Virus record (IMG/VR): IMGVR_UViG_3300048580_000268
Coordinates: 1-55,359 of that record
DNA length: 55,359 nucleotides
Direction: 5' to 3' (one strand)
DNA from: a virus
Lineage: Duplodnaviria; Caudoviricetes
Positions 23,346 through 34,890 of the stretch are shown here, piece after piece (position 1 is the stretch's first letter; the number at the start of each line of letters is the position of its first letter). The notes beneath the pieces were generated by a model, which made no database searches, was not told the DNA's origin, and worked only from the letters and a program-made list of their open reading frames with translations. The position numbers and the translations under genes are program-made.

Positions 23346-24199
23346 TAGAGCCCCCAGTAAGCAGACTTAAACTTTATTTGTGTGTAAGAAAACCCCTCTT
23401 TAATTCTAAAAGTTGTCAGCCCTGGAAACATGTAAGGCCAAACCGACCCTGCGTGAACTTTATGTGCTAAATGAATTACTTGTCCACTTCTTTCAACAGT
23501 TATGTACCGGTTATGATCTTCACTTGACAGACCTATAATGTCTCCAGAAATAAACCCAGTTACTCCACTTATAGTCCCAGGAGTAACATCAAAAGACCAA
23601 ATATGCGGGTCAGTGTCTGCAATTGTAAAAGTGTTTGTCGCTGATTGGCAAAACGCTATAATCTGTAATCCGTGTGGAGCGGTAGATAACGGATCGTCTA
23701 ACTCAGCATCTCTTGCGCTTGCAAACGAACCAATATCCACAATAGTTTCTTCGTAAGCTCGGATCAAAGGATCTCTTGAGCAATCAAGAGTTATTTGAAT
23801 TTCTGGAGTCTCAGAAAATAAACCAGCTTCAACTTTTTTGACAAATCCGTGAATTTCTCCTACTACAGCCTTATCAGATTTAAATCGAAGAGACATAGCT
23901 CCAGTTCTATTAGCTGTTATCGCTTTATAAACGTTTGATCGTAAAGACTCGGCTGTTTCCCCAAGCTGATAGTTTGGGTTCAGAGCTACTCGTAAAACGA
24001 CCTCACGTTTACCAAGACTCATTTTGTAGAACCTTGTGCCTACGGAATTGCTTTTTTGGTACTTAGTAACGATCTCGTCCAAGTCAAGTCCCAAGATGGC
24101 TCTTACAACATAAGACTTTCTTAGCCAAGGGTCTCGGAAACTCATACGTATAACTTCGTCAGAACACGCGCACATCAGATCAATTTCGTCAAAGTTCAT
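23345..24199 (-). CDS. Distal tail (Dit)-like protein
   Basis: Directly after the tape measure gene; size and motifs. Confidence 0.7.
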   Translation of the reverse strand: MNFDEIDLMCACSDEVIRMSFRDPWLRKSYVVRAILGLDLDEIVTKYQKSNSVGTRFYKMSLGKREVVLRVALNPNYQLGETAESLRSNVYKAITANRTGAMSLRFKSDKAVVGEIHGFVKKVEAGLFSETPEIQITLDCSRDPLIRAYEETIVDIGSFASARDAELDDPLSTAPHGLQIIAFCQSATNTFTIADTDPHIWSFDVTPGTISGVTGFISGDIIGLSSEDHNRYITVERSGQVIHLAHKVHAGSVWPYMFPGLTTFRIKEGFSYTQIKFKSAYWGL

Positions 24200-27100
24200 A
24201 ATATACCTAATTCCTCCTTTGCCAAAGTGATCTGGCTTCGCGTGTTCCTGTAAATATCTTCTGTAGATAGAGCAACTGGAGAATTGATGATCTGCTCAAA
24301 CTTTATCTCTGTTGGGCCAGACGCGACGGAAGCTTCTTGAGAAGTTCTTGAGTTTGCCTGAGCCAGAGAAAGAGACCTAGCTTGGCCTGCGGACAGAGTT
24401 GCCGAAACAGAAGAAGAACCAAACGCTGTAGATATCCCTTGTGCGTCTTTATTCAAACGCGTTAGGTCAAGCACTGGGGTAATCGTCGGATTAAATTCTT
24501 CCATACTAGACAGGTCGTAACTGAGACCACTCATGGCCTCACCAAAAGCTTTAACTGTGGAACTAGCCAACCCTTTACTAGCCTTTACTGCTGAAGACCC
24601 GTCAGATAGACCAATAGAAAGACCTTCAACAGCGGACTCACCAAGAGAAATAAAAACTTTTGATGGAGAATTGACGTTGAAGAGTCCAAACGCTCGTTCA
24701 ATGACGCCCCCAGCAATTTCTGAAATTTTGTCATACGCTTCTTGCGCTTTGCTAGCCAGGCCTAAAGTCATACCATCGATAATAGCAAATCCAAGACGTT
24801 TAGCAGCGTTTCGAATAAGCGGACTGTATTTTTCAACCGCATCTGCTAAGCCATTGAGCAGAGTTACTAAAAGCTTTCCAAGATAAAAGGCGAATCTAAT
24901 AGCTCTGTTAGTCATATTAGTTAGGAACGTCTGTACAAATTCAATGGCGGCATCGACAATCCCTTGTTTTTCTTTACCATCACCGAAGAGTAGTTCGTTA
25001 AGAGAGTCAATAATTTGAACAACCATTATTCTAACTTGCTCTAACACATACTTAGTATTACCTGTGATCCCCTTAAGGAATGCCACAAGCGTGTTATAAC
25101 CAGTAAGCGCTATAAGTAAGGCGTTTTTTCCGACCTCTTCAATAAATGTTGTTATGACGTCTGTTACAGCCTTGGCTATGTCGGGAATCGCATCAGCTAT
25201 TCCGTCAAGAATGGACGTTAATACAAACACACCAGCGGCAATTAACAACCGAACATTCTTGACAAACTCTTCAACAATGACAACAATAAGGTTTCGAATA
25301 GACTCGCCTAGTTTAGGAATTCCTTCGACAAGGCCGTTTATGAAGTTAGTAAGAATTTCAAGACCAAGCGTAACAATCTGTTCAATATTGTCTCGAATCC
25401 CTGTGAGGAACGCAGTCAATATAGTTAAGCCAACCTCGATAAACCTGGGAACCTTTTCTTCTATAAGAGTTAAGAGGGTCTCAAGAAGTACCCCAATTAC
25501 TTCTCCTATAACCGGTATAATCTCCTGTAGCTTTTCCAATAGTTTAATTGCTAGGTCACCAATTGCGTCAGCAATTTCTCCAGCAGATTTAGCAATGACC
25601 TTAACAAACTCAACAAGGCCCTCAGCAAGAGCCGCGGCAAGTTTTGGAATGAGTTTGATTATTTCAAGAAAGACTTTGGCCAAGTTTTTTATTGCTTTTG
25701 GTCCGACCTTACCTAATAGCTGTAAACCATAAGCAGTAGCGAGAAGCCCAACGCCAAATAAAAGGAAGCCCGCACCTGTTACCACCATTGCGGTACCAAA
25801 AGCGTAAAGAATAGGAATAATTGGCTGCAGCAGTAACATAGAAACGCCAATAACAAGGAAAAGCCCAGCAATAGCGCCAAGAGCAAGAAGCACTTGTCCG
25901 ACGTCTAATTGCCCAAGTAGAGCAATGGCTGCGGCAAATATAACAACTGCTCCAGCAATAGCAAGCATCATAGTAACGCCATTGCCGCCAAATTTATCCA
26001 AGAGAATTGCGGCGCCGACAAGGAGCCCAAGCAACACAACTAGAGAAAGCACCCCCTGAAGCGCTCCAGCAAGACCCATCTTCCCAATTGTTTCGATTGC
26101 TTTTGCCATTATAAACAAAGCAGCAGACATTCCTAGAAGCGCAACTGTACTCGCTTTGGATTTGTCTTTGTCCGGCATAAGCAGCATAGTGCCGATAAGA
26201 ACACCGAGAACGACAACCATTGCGCCAAGGCCATTTCGAAGTTCTTCGAAAGGCATCTTACCAAACGTTGCAACAACTTTAGCAAGTGCGTTCAATGAAA
26301 ATGCCGCGAGCCCTAAGCCAACGCTAAACTTAACAATCGCAGTTCCATCCATAATATTACTGATTACGGCAAAAACGCCTAATATAGCAGCAACGGTAAA
26401 GCTCCCCTTCAATATCTCATCAAATGGAATTTTAGAATAGTATTTAATAGTTTGCGCAAACAAAATCAAAGACCCGGCAAATATACCAAGGCCAATAGCA
26501 GCTCGGATGAAACTTCCTTGCGCCTGACTTAGGGCCACAGCTAAAACAGCTAGAGTACCCAGTACAATACCAACCCGGATCATTCCTGTAGTAAATGTAT
26601 CTGGGTCCATCTTACTAAATACAAAGATTGCAGCCGCAAGAACAAGAACTGCTGCAGCGACTAGGTTTATAGCAATACCAATACCAATGACTTTTGCTGA
26701 AGTGGCATCCAGTTTTAGAAGAATAGCCATAGCTGCGACAATCGTACCAATTCCAGCCGCAACCGCGCCGAGAGAGACGGCAATGCGATCCGCATCAATA
26801 AAAGACAAAGCGATTATAGAAAGAGTAAGGACCCCCATCGCAACAGCGACTTTCATAAGGGTGTCAGCCCGCAAGTTGTTCTGGAAAGATTTAATTGCCC
26901 CGCCAACGTTATTTAAAATATCCTTAAAGTTTTGTATAATCCCACCGAAGTTGTCCAGCACATCAGTAATTGAGTCAACTAATCCACCTATACCAAAATC
27001 AAACTTTAACCCACCGAAAGCTATTCTGGCAAACGACGCAGTAATTATAGAAATAAGAACCGTTCCAATGTTTTTTGCGGTTAATTGGTCTTTGATTTTT

Positions 27101-29595
27101 TCTATGAAGTTATCTATCGCCTTGGATATGCCGTCGCCAACATTACCCAGTCCATCTAAAATAGACGAAAACGCATTTTTAAATACCTGTCCAATTGAGG
27201 AAAACCCACTAGCAAAAGCGGAGCCAATATTTCCAACAAATTTTCCTATTGACTCGCCAACGTTTTCTAGAGAAGACGTAATCCCCGGCCCTGCGCTCTT
27301 CGTGGTGTTAAAAATCGAAGAGAAAAAGCCACTAATAGAATTCTTTATTCCATCAAGAGCTTGCGACAAAGCGCCTAACCCAGAGACTCTAGCCCACAGA
27401 GAATCAAAGAACCCATTGATCTCAGCCAAAGCGCCCGAGGCAGCGCCACCAACGTCTACACCAGTAATAGTATTGTAGAGCGAAACGAAGAAGTTCTTTA
27501 TTGTGTTGAAAGTGTTTTCTACAGTGGCGCCAATATCAGTCCCCATAAATCCTTTATAAAGGGACGTAAAGAACCCACTAATACTATCTCCAACTTTACT
27601 TAAAACGCCAAAGAGCCCTCCGGCATTAGTAATTGCAGAATTGAGTTTGTAAAAGAATAGGCCAATGTTTTCAGAAACGTTTAGAAGAAATGGTATTGCC
27701 TTAGAGCCTATCTTAGAAATTATAGAAGTTATAAACGTGGTGAAAGAAAGAAGTGCGTCGGCAATACCACTAAAGACGGTAATGATCCCACCGCCCGCGG
27801 CGCCACCTGCGGCGCCACCAGCCCTGGTAATGATGCTAAAGAATTTACCAATCGCTGCACCGGCAGGTTTTAGCGCTTGTACAATTCCACCAAGAGACTG
27901 TCTAAGTACATCGAAAACTCCACCGAGTTGCTCAAAGACCTGCCCAAATTTTTCGCCGACGACTCCACCGGTGAAGAACTGAGTAAGATCACTTAATCGA
28001 TCTCTGATCCAAAGAATTCCATCGCCCAACTTTAAAAGCACCGAATTGACAAACCCAAACACTTTGGCTATCAATCCGCCGCCAACAAGTATGTCTGTGA
28101 TCTTTGAGATGAAGTCCCCAGAAGTTCCAGCCGCCCCAGCAAAAGCGCCGACCAAACTAAAGAACACTTTGACTAGAGTCGATGCAACACTGAACAGCCC
28201 TTTTAGGATTTCTACTCCTATTTTGAATATTGAAAATAACCCTTTAAAGACTTGTTTTACAGTCTTTGCTGTGGATTCTGATATGATCAAATTCCTTGTG
28301 AAATTAGAGAAATTGTGAGTCAACTGAGCTAAATCAAGGGCTGTTGTCCGAGGAAAGACTTCTCTGAACGCTTTTGCTATGGGTGACAGCGCTGCTTTAA
28401 GTGCAGCCAAAGCTTGGATAAACCCTATTAGAAGGACATCCCGGCCACCAATAAACTTCCACTCAGTAAGAAGTTTATTTCGAGCGTCTGCTGCCCCGCC
28501 AATAAAAGTCCCAAAGAAATCATTTAAACCAGTAAACAAAGTTTTTGCTTCTTTGAAGTCGCCAACAATCAGACGGAAGGTTTGAGACCAACCGGAAGCG
28601 ATTGACTCGTTTACCGTCGATGCCAACTGTGTAAGCGTTTTGACCTCGGTAGCGGCTGCAACGGCATTTTTACCAAGCGCGATCATGTCAACAACTTGAT
28701 CGTCAGTAAACCCCATCTTTGAAAGTTCAATGGCGTCGAGATCCCCAGATATAGCGCCAAGAGTGGTTGTCAGAACTTCAGCCGTAACCCAGCCGTCTTG
28801 AAGACTCTCTCTAAACGAGCCATTGGCAGCTTCCCACTCTTTGAACGACTGCCCAACCGGTTGTTTGGCGATAGTTCCTAGTGCTTGTCCTGTCTGGACC
28901 AGAGCATTTTTGAATACCTCGCCACCCATTCCGGCGTTGACAACTGAGTTCCAGTCCATGAGCTTAACGCTGCCCGCAGCAATAGCCTGAGAGAGCTGAT
29001 ACATGGCTGTAGAAGCCTGTTCAGAACTTGACCCAGAAACCGCGGCAAGGTTGGCAATACCTTTAATTGAATTAACTGAGGTTTCTAGATCAACGCCAGC
29101 AGCCGTGAAGGTACCAACGTTTCTAGCCATCTGACCGAAGTTATAAATGGTCTTGTCGGAGTACTCGTTCATCTGATCAAGTGCGCCATTTACTTGCTCA
29201 AGACTGGTACCTTTACTTGCCGTGTTGGCAAGAATAGTCTGAATCGAATTCATGTTGGTTTCGTATTCCTGGAAACCAGCCACAACAGGTTTAATAGTCA
29301 AAGCATTAGCCATCTGCAAACCAGCGTTAACCACTCGGTTTGTAAGGTTAAAGATTGCCGCCGTGGCTATTGCAGTAGACGCGACCACCCCCTGGTTGAC
29401 TTTGTCAATTGAGGTGGATACCGGCCTAAGATCAATTTTGCTGATGGCCGAAGTTAAATTCTTTACGCCATCGATACCTTTATTGAAATTAAGGCTGTTT
29501 TTAAGCTTTTCTAATGACGACATAGTCTCTGCCGTCTTCTTCTGGAAAGATGCGTTGTCAAACGTCATCTTAACTATTCGGTTATCAACACTCAT
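24196..29595 (-). CDS. Tape measure protein
   Basis: 1799 aa; tape-measure core domain, Ala/Gly/Ile-rich repeats, NSPSKVF. Confidence 0.95.
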   Translation of the reverse strand: MSVDNRIVKMTFDNASFQKKTAETMSSLEKLKNSLNFNKGIDGVKNLTSAISKIDLRPVSTSIDKVNQGVVASTAIATAAIFNLTNRVVNAGLQMANALTIKPVVAGFQEYETNMNSIQTILANTASKGTSLEQVNGALDQMNEYSDKTIYNFGQMARNVGTFTAAGVDLETSVNSIKGIANLAAVSGSSSEQASTAMYQLSQAIAAGSVKLMDWNSVVNAGMGGEVFKNALVQTGQALGTIAKQPVGQSFKEWEAANGSFRESLQDGWVTAEVLTTTLGAISGDLDAIELSKMGFTDDQVVDMIALGKNAVAAATEVKTLTQLASTVNESIASGWSQTFRLIVGDFKEAKTLFTGLNDFFGTFIGGAADARNKLLTEWKFIGGRDVLLIGFIQALAALKAALSPIAKAFREVFPRTTALDLAQLTHNFSNFTRNLIISESTAKTVKQVFKGLFSIFKIGVEILKGLFSVASTLVKVFFSLVGAFAGAAGTSGDFISKITDILVGGGLIAKVFGFVNSVLLKLGDGILWIRDRLSDLTQFFTGGVVGEKFGQVFEQLGGVFDVLRQSLGGIVQALKPAGAAIGKFFSIITRAGGAAGGAAGGGIITVFSGIADALLSFTTFITSIISKIGSKAIPFLLNVSENIGLFFYKLNSAITNAGGLFGVLSKVGDSISGFFTSLYKGFMGTDIGATVENTFNTIKNFFVSLYNTITGVDVGGAASGALAEINGFFDSLWARVSGLGALSQALDGIKNSISGFFSSIFNTTKSAGPGITSSLENVGESIGKFVGNIGSAFASGFSSIGQVFKNAFSSILDGLGNVGDGISKAIDNFIEKIKDQLTAKNIGTVLISIITASFARIAFGGLKFDFGIGGLVDSITDVLDNFGGIIQNFKDILNNVGGAIKSFQNNLRADTLMKVAVAMGVLTLSIIALSFIDADRIAVSLGAVAAGIGTIVAAMAILLKLDATSAKVIGIGIAINLVAAAVLVLAAAIFVFSKMDPDTFTTGMIRVGIVLGTLAVLAVALSQAQGSFIRAAIGLGIFAGSLILFAQTIKYYSKIPFDEILKGSFTVAAILGVFAVISNIMDGTAIVKFSVGLGLAAFSLNALAKVVATFGKMPFEELRNGLGAMVVVLGVLIGTMLLMPDKDKSKASTVALLGMSAALFIMAKAIETIGKMGLAGALQGVLSLVVLLGLLVGAAILLDKFGGNGVTMMLAIAGAVVIFAAAIALLGQLDVGQVLLALGAIAGLFLVIGVSMLLLQPIIPILYAFGTAMVVTGAGFLLFGVGLLATAYGLQLLGKVGPKAIKNLAKVFLEIIKLIPKLAAALAEGLVEFVKVIAKSAGEIADAIGDLAIKLLEKLQEIIPVIGEVIGVLLETLLTLIEEKVPRFIEVGLTILTAFLTGIRDNIEQIVTLGLEILTNFINGLVEGIPKLGESIRNLIVVIVEEFVKNVRLLIAAGVFVLTSILDGIADAIPDIAKAVTDVITTFIEEVGKNALLIALTGYNTLVAFLKGITGNTKYVLEQVRIMVVQIIDSLNELLFGDGKEKQGIVDAAIEFVQTFLTNMTNRAIRFAFYLGKLLVTLLNGLADAVEKYSPLIRNAAKRLGFAIIDGMTLGLASKAQEAYDKISEIAGGVIERAFGLFNVNSPSKVFISLGESAVEGLSIGLSDGSSAVKASKGLASSTVKAFGEAMSGLSYDLSSMEEFNPTITPVLDLTRLNKDAQGISTAFGSSSVSATLSAGQARSLSLAQANSRTSQEASVASGPTEIKFEQIINSPVALSTEDIYRNTRSQITLAKEELGIL

Positions 29596-29969
29596 GATTT
29601 CACCTCTTCCCAGATGTCTTGTGAAAGCTTATCAAATATAGGTTTAATTGCAGGATTGATATAATCTTTTCCTTGCACGTAACCACCAGTACCAGTTCCG
29701 TGACCGTACTGAATTAATATAGCAACGTTTACTCCATCTTCAACATTATCATTATACCACTCTATTCCAGGATTAATTCGACTTTTTATAATTCGATATC
29801 CCCAAGAGTCCGCGGTTTTTCCACTATCTCTTGGCGTGGCTTTGGATAGAGCGTCTACTCCAATCTTACCATATCGATCGAGCCTACTAAATAGGTCTCC
29901 TCGTGACATTTTCAACAGAAATGTTTCTGTTTGTTTGAAGTCACCTGACGATGAAAATGAAATTGCCAC
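29592..29969 (-). CDS. HK97 gp10-like tail component
   Basis: TPRDSG.TA.SW, QYGHGT..GGYV.G.DYINPA. Confidence 0.75.
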   Translation of the reverse strand: MAISFSSSGDFKQTETFLLKMSRGDLFSRLDRYGKIGVDALSKATPRDSGKTADSWGYRIIKSRINPGIEWYNDNVEDGVNVAILIQYGHGTGTGGYVQGKDYINPAIKPIFDKLSQDIWEEVKS

Positions 29970-29994
29970 GAGGAGACCTTTCTAAACGATATGG

Positions 29995-30600
29995 TTACCA
30001 GCCAAATGCCATGTAGTTAATCCGAACATTACAACCACCAAGGGCAGCATCTTGATATGGCTGACCAAAACTGACTTGATCTCGCCCACCACTAATATAC
30101 GTCCGAACCTTAAAGTTATTCAATTGAAAATCATACGCGACCAAATTGACGTTGCCAATCCCCGTTGTACTATTAGGATAGTCGGCTCCATCCACGTGCG
30201 TGTATGAAACATCTACAGGTAATGATGTGTTATTAGCCACCTGAGCTACGACCGAGCTGAGACCACCACTAAAAGCCTGAGGAAACGTGATAGTTGCATC
30301 TCCAGCGGTGTTTGTAGTCACGACGGTTGATGAAGCGACCAGACGAAGAGGTTGAGCGTCCCCGCCTCCAGTAGCCGCGGTGCCAACTAACTGAGCCCCG
30401 GTTTTCCAAATAAGCTCGTTTACGGCGTCTACACCAGGTAGTCCGCGTGGACCTTGCTCGCCTCGAATATTACCGACGTTGATCTCTTCAAGGTTGTGCC
30501 GAACCAAAACCAGATTGTATGAAGTCAACCGAGCATCTACAATCGCCTGATCTTCAATTTCTTTCATTCGCGCTGCGGTATAACCAGTTACTGTAGGCAT
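29995..30600 (-). CDS. Minor tail protein with short collagen-like stretch
   Basis: RGEQGPRGLPG; ITFPQAF motif. Confidence 0.65.
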   Translation of the reverse strand: MPTVTGYTAARMKEIEDQAIVDARLTSYNLVLVRHNLEEINVGNIRGEQGPRGLPGVDAVNELIWKTGAQLVGTAATGGGDAQPLRLVASSTVVTTNTAGDATITFPQAFSGGLSSVVAQVANNTSLPVDVSYTHVDGADYPNSTTGIGNVNLVAYDFQLNNFKVRTYISGGRDQVSFGQPYQDAALGGCNVRINYMAFGW

Positions 30601-30611
30601 AAGCCCTCCTG

Positions 30612-32543
30612 TTAAGTGTCAGAAATAGTATAAGTTTCGCCGTCAAGATATGTGGCATTAACATTTGCCAGAGTAAACTGGTCAATTCCTGGCGTATTTA
30701 AGTAAATATAATTAGGATCTTCTGTTGTCGCCGTCCAAGTACCATCTCCGTTGTCAATAATCTGGAACGAGAACCAGGTTTTGATGTAAGCGATTAGGTC
30801 TCTCATCGCCGGAAGCGATGGTTTTATAGTTGGGGTTCCATATAAGATTCGTTCAATCTGAACCAACAGAAGCGGGTTTATGTTTATTGTTCCTATGATC
30901 AACTTTGCCGCGGGCCGGTAGCCATCAATAAATGCTGGTAAAGCGGTCAAATCCCACTGGAACTCTGTGGCAGACGCCGTATCGCTGAGAGTTTCATACC
31001 CGACACTTGATGGCGTAGCAACAACATTATAAACAATATGAATTTTATAACCGACCGGTTCTCCAGTAAGATCATTTAAAATCCGTGTCCTGTAAGACAA
31101 ACCAAACGGCTTAGGCGGCTGCTCAGTAATAGAAAACCCGGGGGTCATTTGAGGAAGGCCCTGAAGGTCGTTGAGTTCATCAGGATACGTTATTGCTGTG
31201 AGAGATGCGTTGTAGTTACCCATAGTGACTACCTGAGATATTTTAGCTCCATCATAGCGAACCGGTTCTACCGAAACATTCGGGTTCTCTTTGACAGAGA
31301 CAAGACCGTTCCATGGAACAACTCGCCCATCCGGTAAATATAAAACACCACGATCTAAACCGTTCTGGTATTCTCGATCACCAACACCATCCCAAACAAG
31401 AGCAGTGGGCTCTGGCGCAGGCGGCGGAGGAGGCGGAGGAGGTGGTTCAGAAGAGCAACTAACGTCAATGGTGACAGATAGTTGATCAACCGCCCATGAT
31501 CTTTGGCCGACGTTTTCTATTTGACCAGTTGGGAGCCCGATTAGTATTTGCCAATCTGTTATATCAAGATCGTCACCACTAAGAGTCCGCGTGAAGGAAA
31601 GAGTTTTTGGACCGGCTTCGTCGCCGTCCATGAGCTGTAAGACATCAAACGTGTTGAACGGGTCAGATTTAGAAAGGCTTGTAAATACGGCGTAATCCTG
31701 AGTAGTGAACTGGTTTCCAAGATTTACCCCACTGCGACTGATCCTAACACTGGCCGTAAGCTCAATTTCCGCAGCATTAACAGGAAATGACAGAGGCACT
31801 GCCGCGTAACGTCCTCCAGTTGAATCGTTAAGCGACCCGTTTTCTAGCCAACCTGTAGTCCATGCTGCTGAGATGTTTCCAAGAGCCCCAGATCCAGGTG
31901 CTGAATTCGTGCCAAGAGCAAACGTTGTGTTATCTGGCTCTATAGTCCCAACGCCTGCTGGGTATGGGCCTTCAACGCATGGCGGAATGACTTCACCCTC
32001 GGTTAACACCCAAGCTATGTAGTTAGTGTTGTCGAGGTATAGATTACCAACAAAAGAGTCTGAGCCAGTAGGAGCCAATGGGTCATTCAAAATTATTGCA
32101 AAAAATAACAGGTCACAATTAACTTCACTTACAAATTCTACAGTAAATGAATACGAGCCTAACGGTGGAACTGGTAAATCTGGGAAAAAGAATGAAGTTG
32201 AACTTGAGTTTGGAAACGAAGTAAATGTCGGGGCAGCGCCAATTGGAGTAAAAGTGACATGATCAATATTAGAAGGTGACGTTCCTGTTGTAAAAATGCC
32301 GTCGTTATAACAAGTAGTCTCTTCTCCAATAGTAAAGTTGTCGTTAATAGATCCAAGTCCACAATACCAAAAAGAATCTAGACCATCTATAAAAGTAATT
32401 GTCCCAGAAAGAACTGGGTTGTTTCCTGTCCTATCTATTGGGTCAAGTTCAACTTCAACAAATCCGGTTTCTATTTCTTCGCCAAGGAAATCAAAATATG
32501 CTCCTTGCGCTTCCTCAGTTCCATTTAAAGTTAAGCTCGGCAT
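30612..32543 (-). CDS. Tail protein: N-terminal beta-rich domains, Pro linker, C-terminal major-tail-like domain
   Basis: C-terminal WDGVGDREYQNGLDRGVLY...WNGLVSV...YPDE resembles 35464-36354. Confidence 0.75.
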   Translation of the reverse strand: MPSLTLNGTEEAQGAYFDFLGEEIETGFVEVELDPIDRTGNNPVLSGTITFIDGLDSFWYCGLGSINDNFTIGEETTCYNDGIFTTGTSPSNIDHVTFTPIGAAPTFTSFPNSSSTSFFFPDLPVPPLGSYSFTVEFVSEVNCDLLFFAIILNDPLAPTGSDSFVGNLYLDNTNYIAWVLTEGEVIPPCVEGPYPAGVGTIEPDNTTFALGTNSAPGSGALGNISAAWTTGWLENGSLNDSTGGRYAAVPLSFPVNAAEIELTASVRISRSGVNLGNQFTTQDYAVFTSLSKSDPFNTFDVLQLMDGDEAGPKTLSFTRTLSGDDLDITDWQILIGLPTGQIENVGQRSWAVDQLSVTIDVSCSSEPPPPPPPPPAPEPTALVWDGVGDREYQNGLDRGVLYLPDGRVVPWNGLVSVKENPNVSVEPVRYDGAKISQVVTMGNYNASLTAITYPDELNDLQGLPQMTPGFSITEQPPKPFGLSYRTRILNDLTGEPVGYKIHIVYNVVATPSSVGYETLSDTASATEFQWDLTALPAFIDGYRPAAKLIIGTININPLLLVQIERILYGTPTIKPSLPAMRDLIAYIKTWFSFQIIDNGDGTWTATTEDPNYIYLNTPGIDQFTLANVNATYLDGETYTISDT

Positions 32544-32554
32544 GATGGCTCCTT

Positions 32555-34879
32555 TTATGTATCAGAAATAATATAGGTTTCGTCATCAAGAAATGTGGCA
32601 TTTACATCAACAATCATAAACTGATCTTCTTGAGGAACGTCGACAAATATGTATCCATCATTATCTGATGTTGCTGTCCAGGTTCCGTCACCATTATCAA
32701 TTATTTGAATTGTGTACCAGGTCCTGATGTATTCTAGAAGCTCTTGCATCGTCGGTAATGCTGGCTGAACAGTTGATGTTCCATAAAGAAGCTTTTCAAG
32801 TTCTATAAGTAAATCTGGGTTTATCTTTGTCGTGTCAACGACAAATTTTGCCGTTGGTCTAAAACCATCAATGAAGCCCGACAACGCAACTAAATCCCAT
32901 TGGAACTCCATTGCTGACGGATCATCGCTCAGAGTTTCGTATCCAATATCAGTTGGAACAGCTATAACGTTATAAACAATATGAATTTTGTAACCAATCG
33001 GTTCTTGTGAAATATCGTCCAAAATTCTAGTCCTGTAGGACAACCCAAAAGTTTTAAGAGGCTGATCAGTTAGGTAAACGTCTTCAACAAGCTGAGCAAC
33101 CCCTTGAAGATCGTCTAACTCGTCTGGATATGTTATGGCGGAAAGCTTTGCCGAGTAATCGCCCATGTTAACAATCTCAGAAATTTTTACACCGTCATAA
33201 AACACGCCCTGGGTTGAGGAGCCAGAATCTTCTTCAACCGACAATAGACCGTTCCAAACTACTGCGCGCCCATCTGGTAAATATAAAACGCCACGATCAA
33301 CTCCGTTTTCGTAAACTCGTTCTCCTATGACATCCCAAAAAAGTCTTTGATCTTTTTGTGGCGTTGGTGCGCACGTATCAATCGAAAAAGAAAAATCTGA
33401 GACGTTGATTCCTACCGCCGGAGTATTGCTGTTTGTAAGCTTAAGAACTCTAAAATAAACATAGAGCGTTTCCCCTAAGTAATCCGAAAGATCCGCCGTT
33501 GCTGTATTAAATCCCTCAATAGAGTTAAAATTACTTCCAATACTAAGTATTGCGTGCACTGACGGATTGTTTACCATATCATTTAATGTAGCAGTAGATG
33601 TATCTTTAAGTATATAAACGCTCAAATAAGCTTGATTTCCTTGGCGAAGAAAAAGAGACATATTAGCTCTTGCCGGGCCATCTGACGGAACACTAAAAGG
33701 GGCAATCGCGTGATGAATTTGATTTCCAGTACCAAAAGAACTTTTAGTCCATCCGTCTGGGTACGGCTCGGTGAGTTGATCTAAATCGGTTGCTTGAGAA
33801 TTACCATTTATCCCGGCAAGAGTAACAGGAGGCGCAGGCCCCCAATTTAAAGCAATTTCATTAGGGGTGTATCCTTCATTAGAACAAACGCCGCTAACAA
33901 CCGATGAAACTTCAAATTCTAGACCCCAAAACCGCCATTGTCCATTAAGAAGTATATATCCTGTAAATCCATTACTGAGGGGGTTTGTACGGCTTCGTTC
34001 CAGCTCAAAAAATTGCGGCTCAGTAGTATTTTGGTTGAATTGAAACTGTGATTCAAGACCACCGCCACCATCACCGTTTATTCCAATTTGTGCCTGAGCA
34101 ATGCCGGAGAGAGGACCTGATATTTTTTGTGCCCACCCTGAAAATTTTCCAATAGAAATAAAAGTATAGGCCGGAGTTCTACACGGCGCCATCTGTAGAG
34201 CTGCATAATTTGAGTTTGGTAAAGGATTAACGTCGCTATCTAAGAGAATACCTGGAGGTTCTTTAGATACTTCTTCATACTGAATAGCCGGATTATAAAA
34301 GGTCGTGCCAAGAATAGCAAGAGACGTTTTTTTTACAAGAGTATCTGAAGAACTAGGAAACCCAAAACAACTTGATTGATTAGATAAGGTGTAAGCAACC
34401 TCCTCTCTTACTGGTTGGCCAGTAAATATTTGATTTGGCTGATAAAAACCAAAAGCAAGGTATGTACCTAAAGAATCAAGGCTATGTCCATACCCTAGTT
34501 TAAAATTGTATGTGGACCCAGCAGGAATGTTTTGAGTGGAGTAGTAAGGTCCGTACCCGCCACCAAAACCTAGAGGACTTGCAGTTATTGCTGGTCCGCC
34601 ATTTGTTGGTTGCATAGGAACAAATGGAGTGCCCCCAATAACTTCATCATTTTGTGATACCGGTGGGATTAAATTAGCTGGACCTCCAGCGAGAAGCACT
34701 GTAAATAAACTGGTAAAAGCAGTTCTAGTTTCTGGAAAAGTTATACTTCCAGATACTTCTACTCTGCTATCAAGTATCTTTTTACCGGTAAACGTAACTA
34801 AAGAAATGGGAGACGGATTCCCATCGAGATCATAAGAAGCTGTTTTTAATTCACAAGTTGCTATCAACGGATCTGGCAT
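32555..34879 (-). CDS. Tail protein: N-terminal beta-rich domains plus C-terminal major-tail-like domain
   Basis: C-terminal WDVIGERVYENGVDRGVLY...FGLSYRT...GYKIHIVY. Confidence 0.75.
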   Translation of the reverse strand: MPDPLIATCELKTASYDLDGNPSPISLVTFTGKKILDSRVEVSGSITFPETRTAFTSLFTVLLAGGPANLIPPVSQNDEVIGGTPFVPMQPTNGGPAITASPLGFGGGYGPYYSTQNIPAGSTYNFKLGYGHSLDSLGTYLAFGFYQPNQIFTGQPVREEVAYTLSNQSSCFGFPSSSDTLVKKTSLAILGTTFYNPAIQYEEVSKEPPGILLDSDVNPLPNSNYAALQMAPCRTPAYTFISIGKFSGWAQKISGPLSGIAQAQIGINGDGGGGLESQFQFNQNTTEPQFFELERSRTNPLSNGFTGYILLNGQWRFWGLEFEVSSVVSGVCSNEGYTPNEIALNWGPAPPVTLAGINGNSQATDLDQLTEPYPDGWTKSSFGTGNQIHHAIAPFSVPSDGPARANMSLFLRQGNQAYLSVYILKDTSTATLNDMVNNPSVHAILSIGSNFNSIEGFNTATADLSDYLGETLYVYFRVLKLTNSNTPAVGINVSDFSFSIDTCAPTPQKDQRLFWDVIGERVYENGVDRGVLYLPDGRAVVWNGLLSVEEDSGSSTQGVFYDGVKISEIVNMGDYSAKLSAITYPDELDDLQGVAQLVEDVYLTDQPLKTFGLSYRTRILDDISQEPIGYKIHIVYNVIAVPTDIGYETLSDDPSAMEFQWDLVALSGFIDGFRPTAKFVVDTTKINPDLLIELEKLLYGTSTVQPALPTMQELLEYIRTWYTIQIIDNGDGTWTATSDNDGYIFVDVPQEDQFMIVDVNATFLDDETYIISDT

Positions 34880-34890
34880 AATCTCCCCTT

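Noticed and set aside
24533-29641. Multiple plus-strand ORFs within the tape measure gene
   Set aside because: Antisense shadows caused by codon bias.
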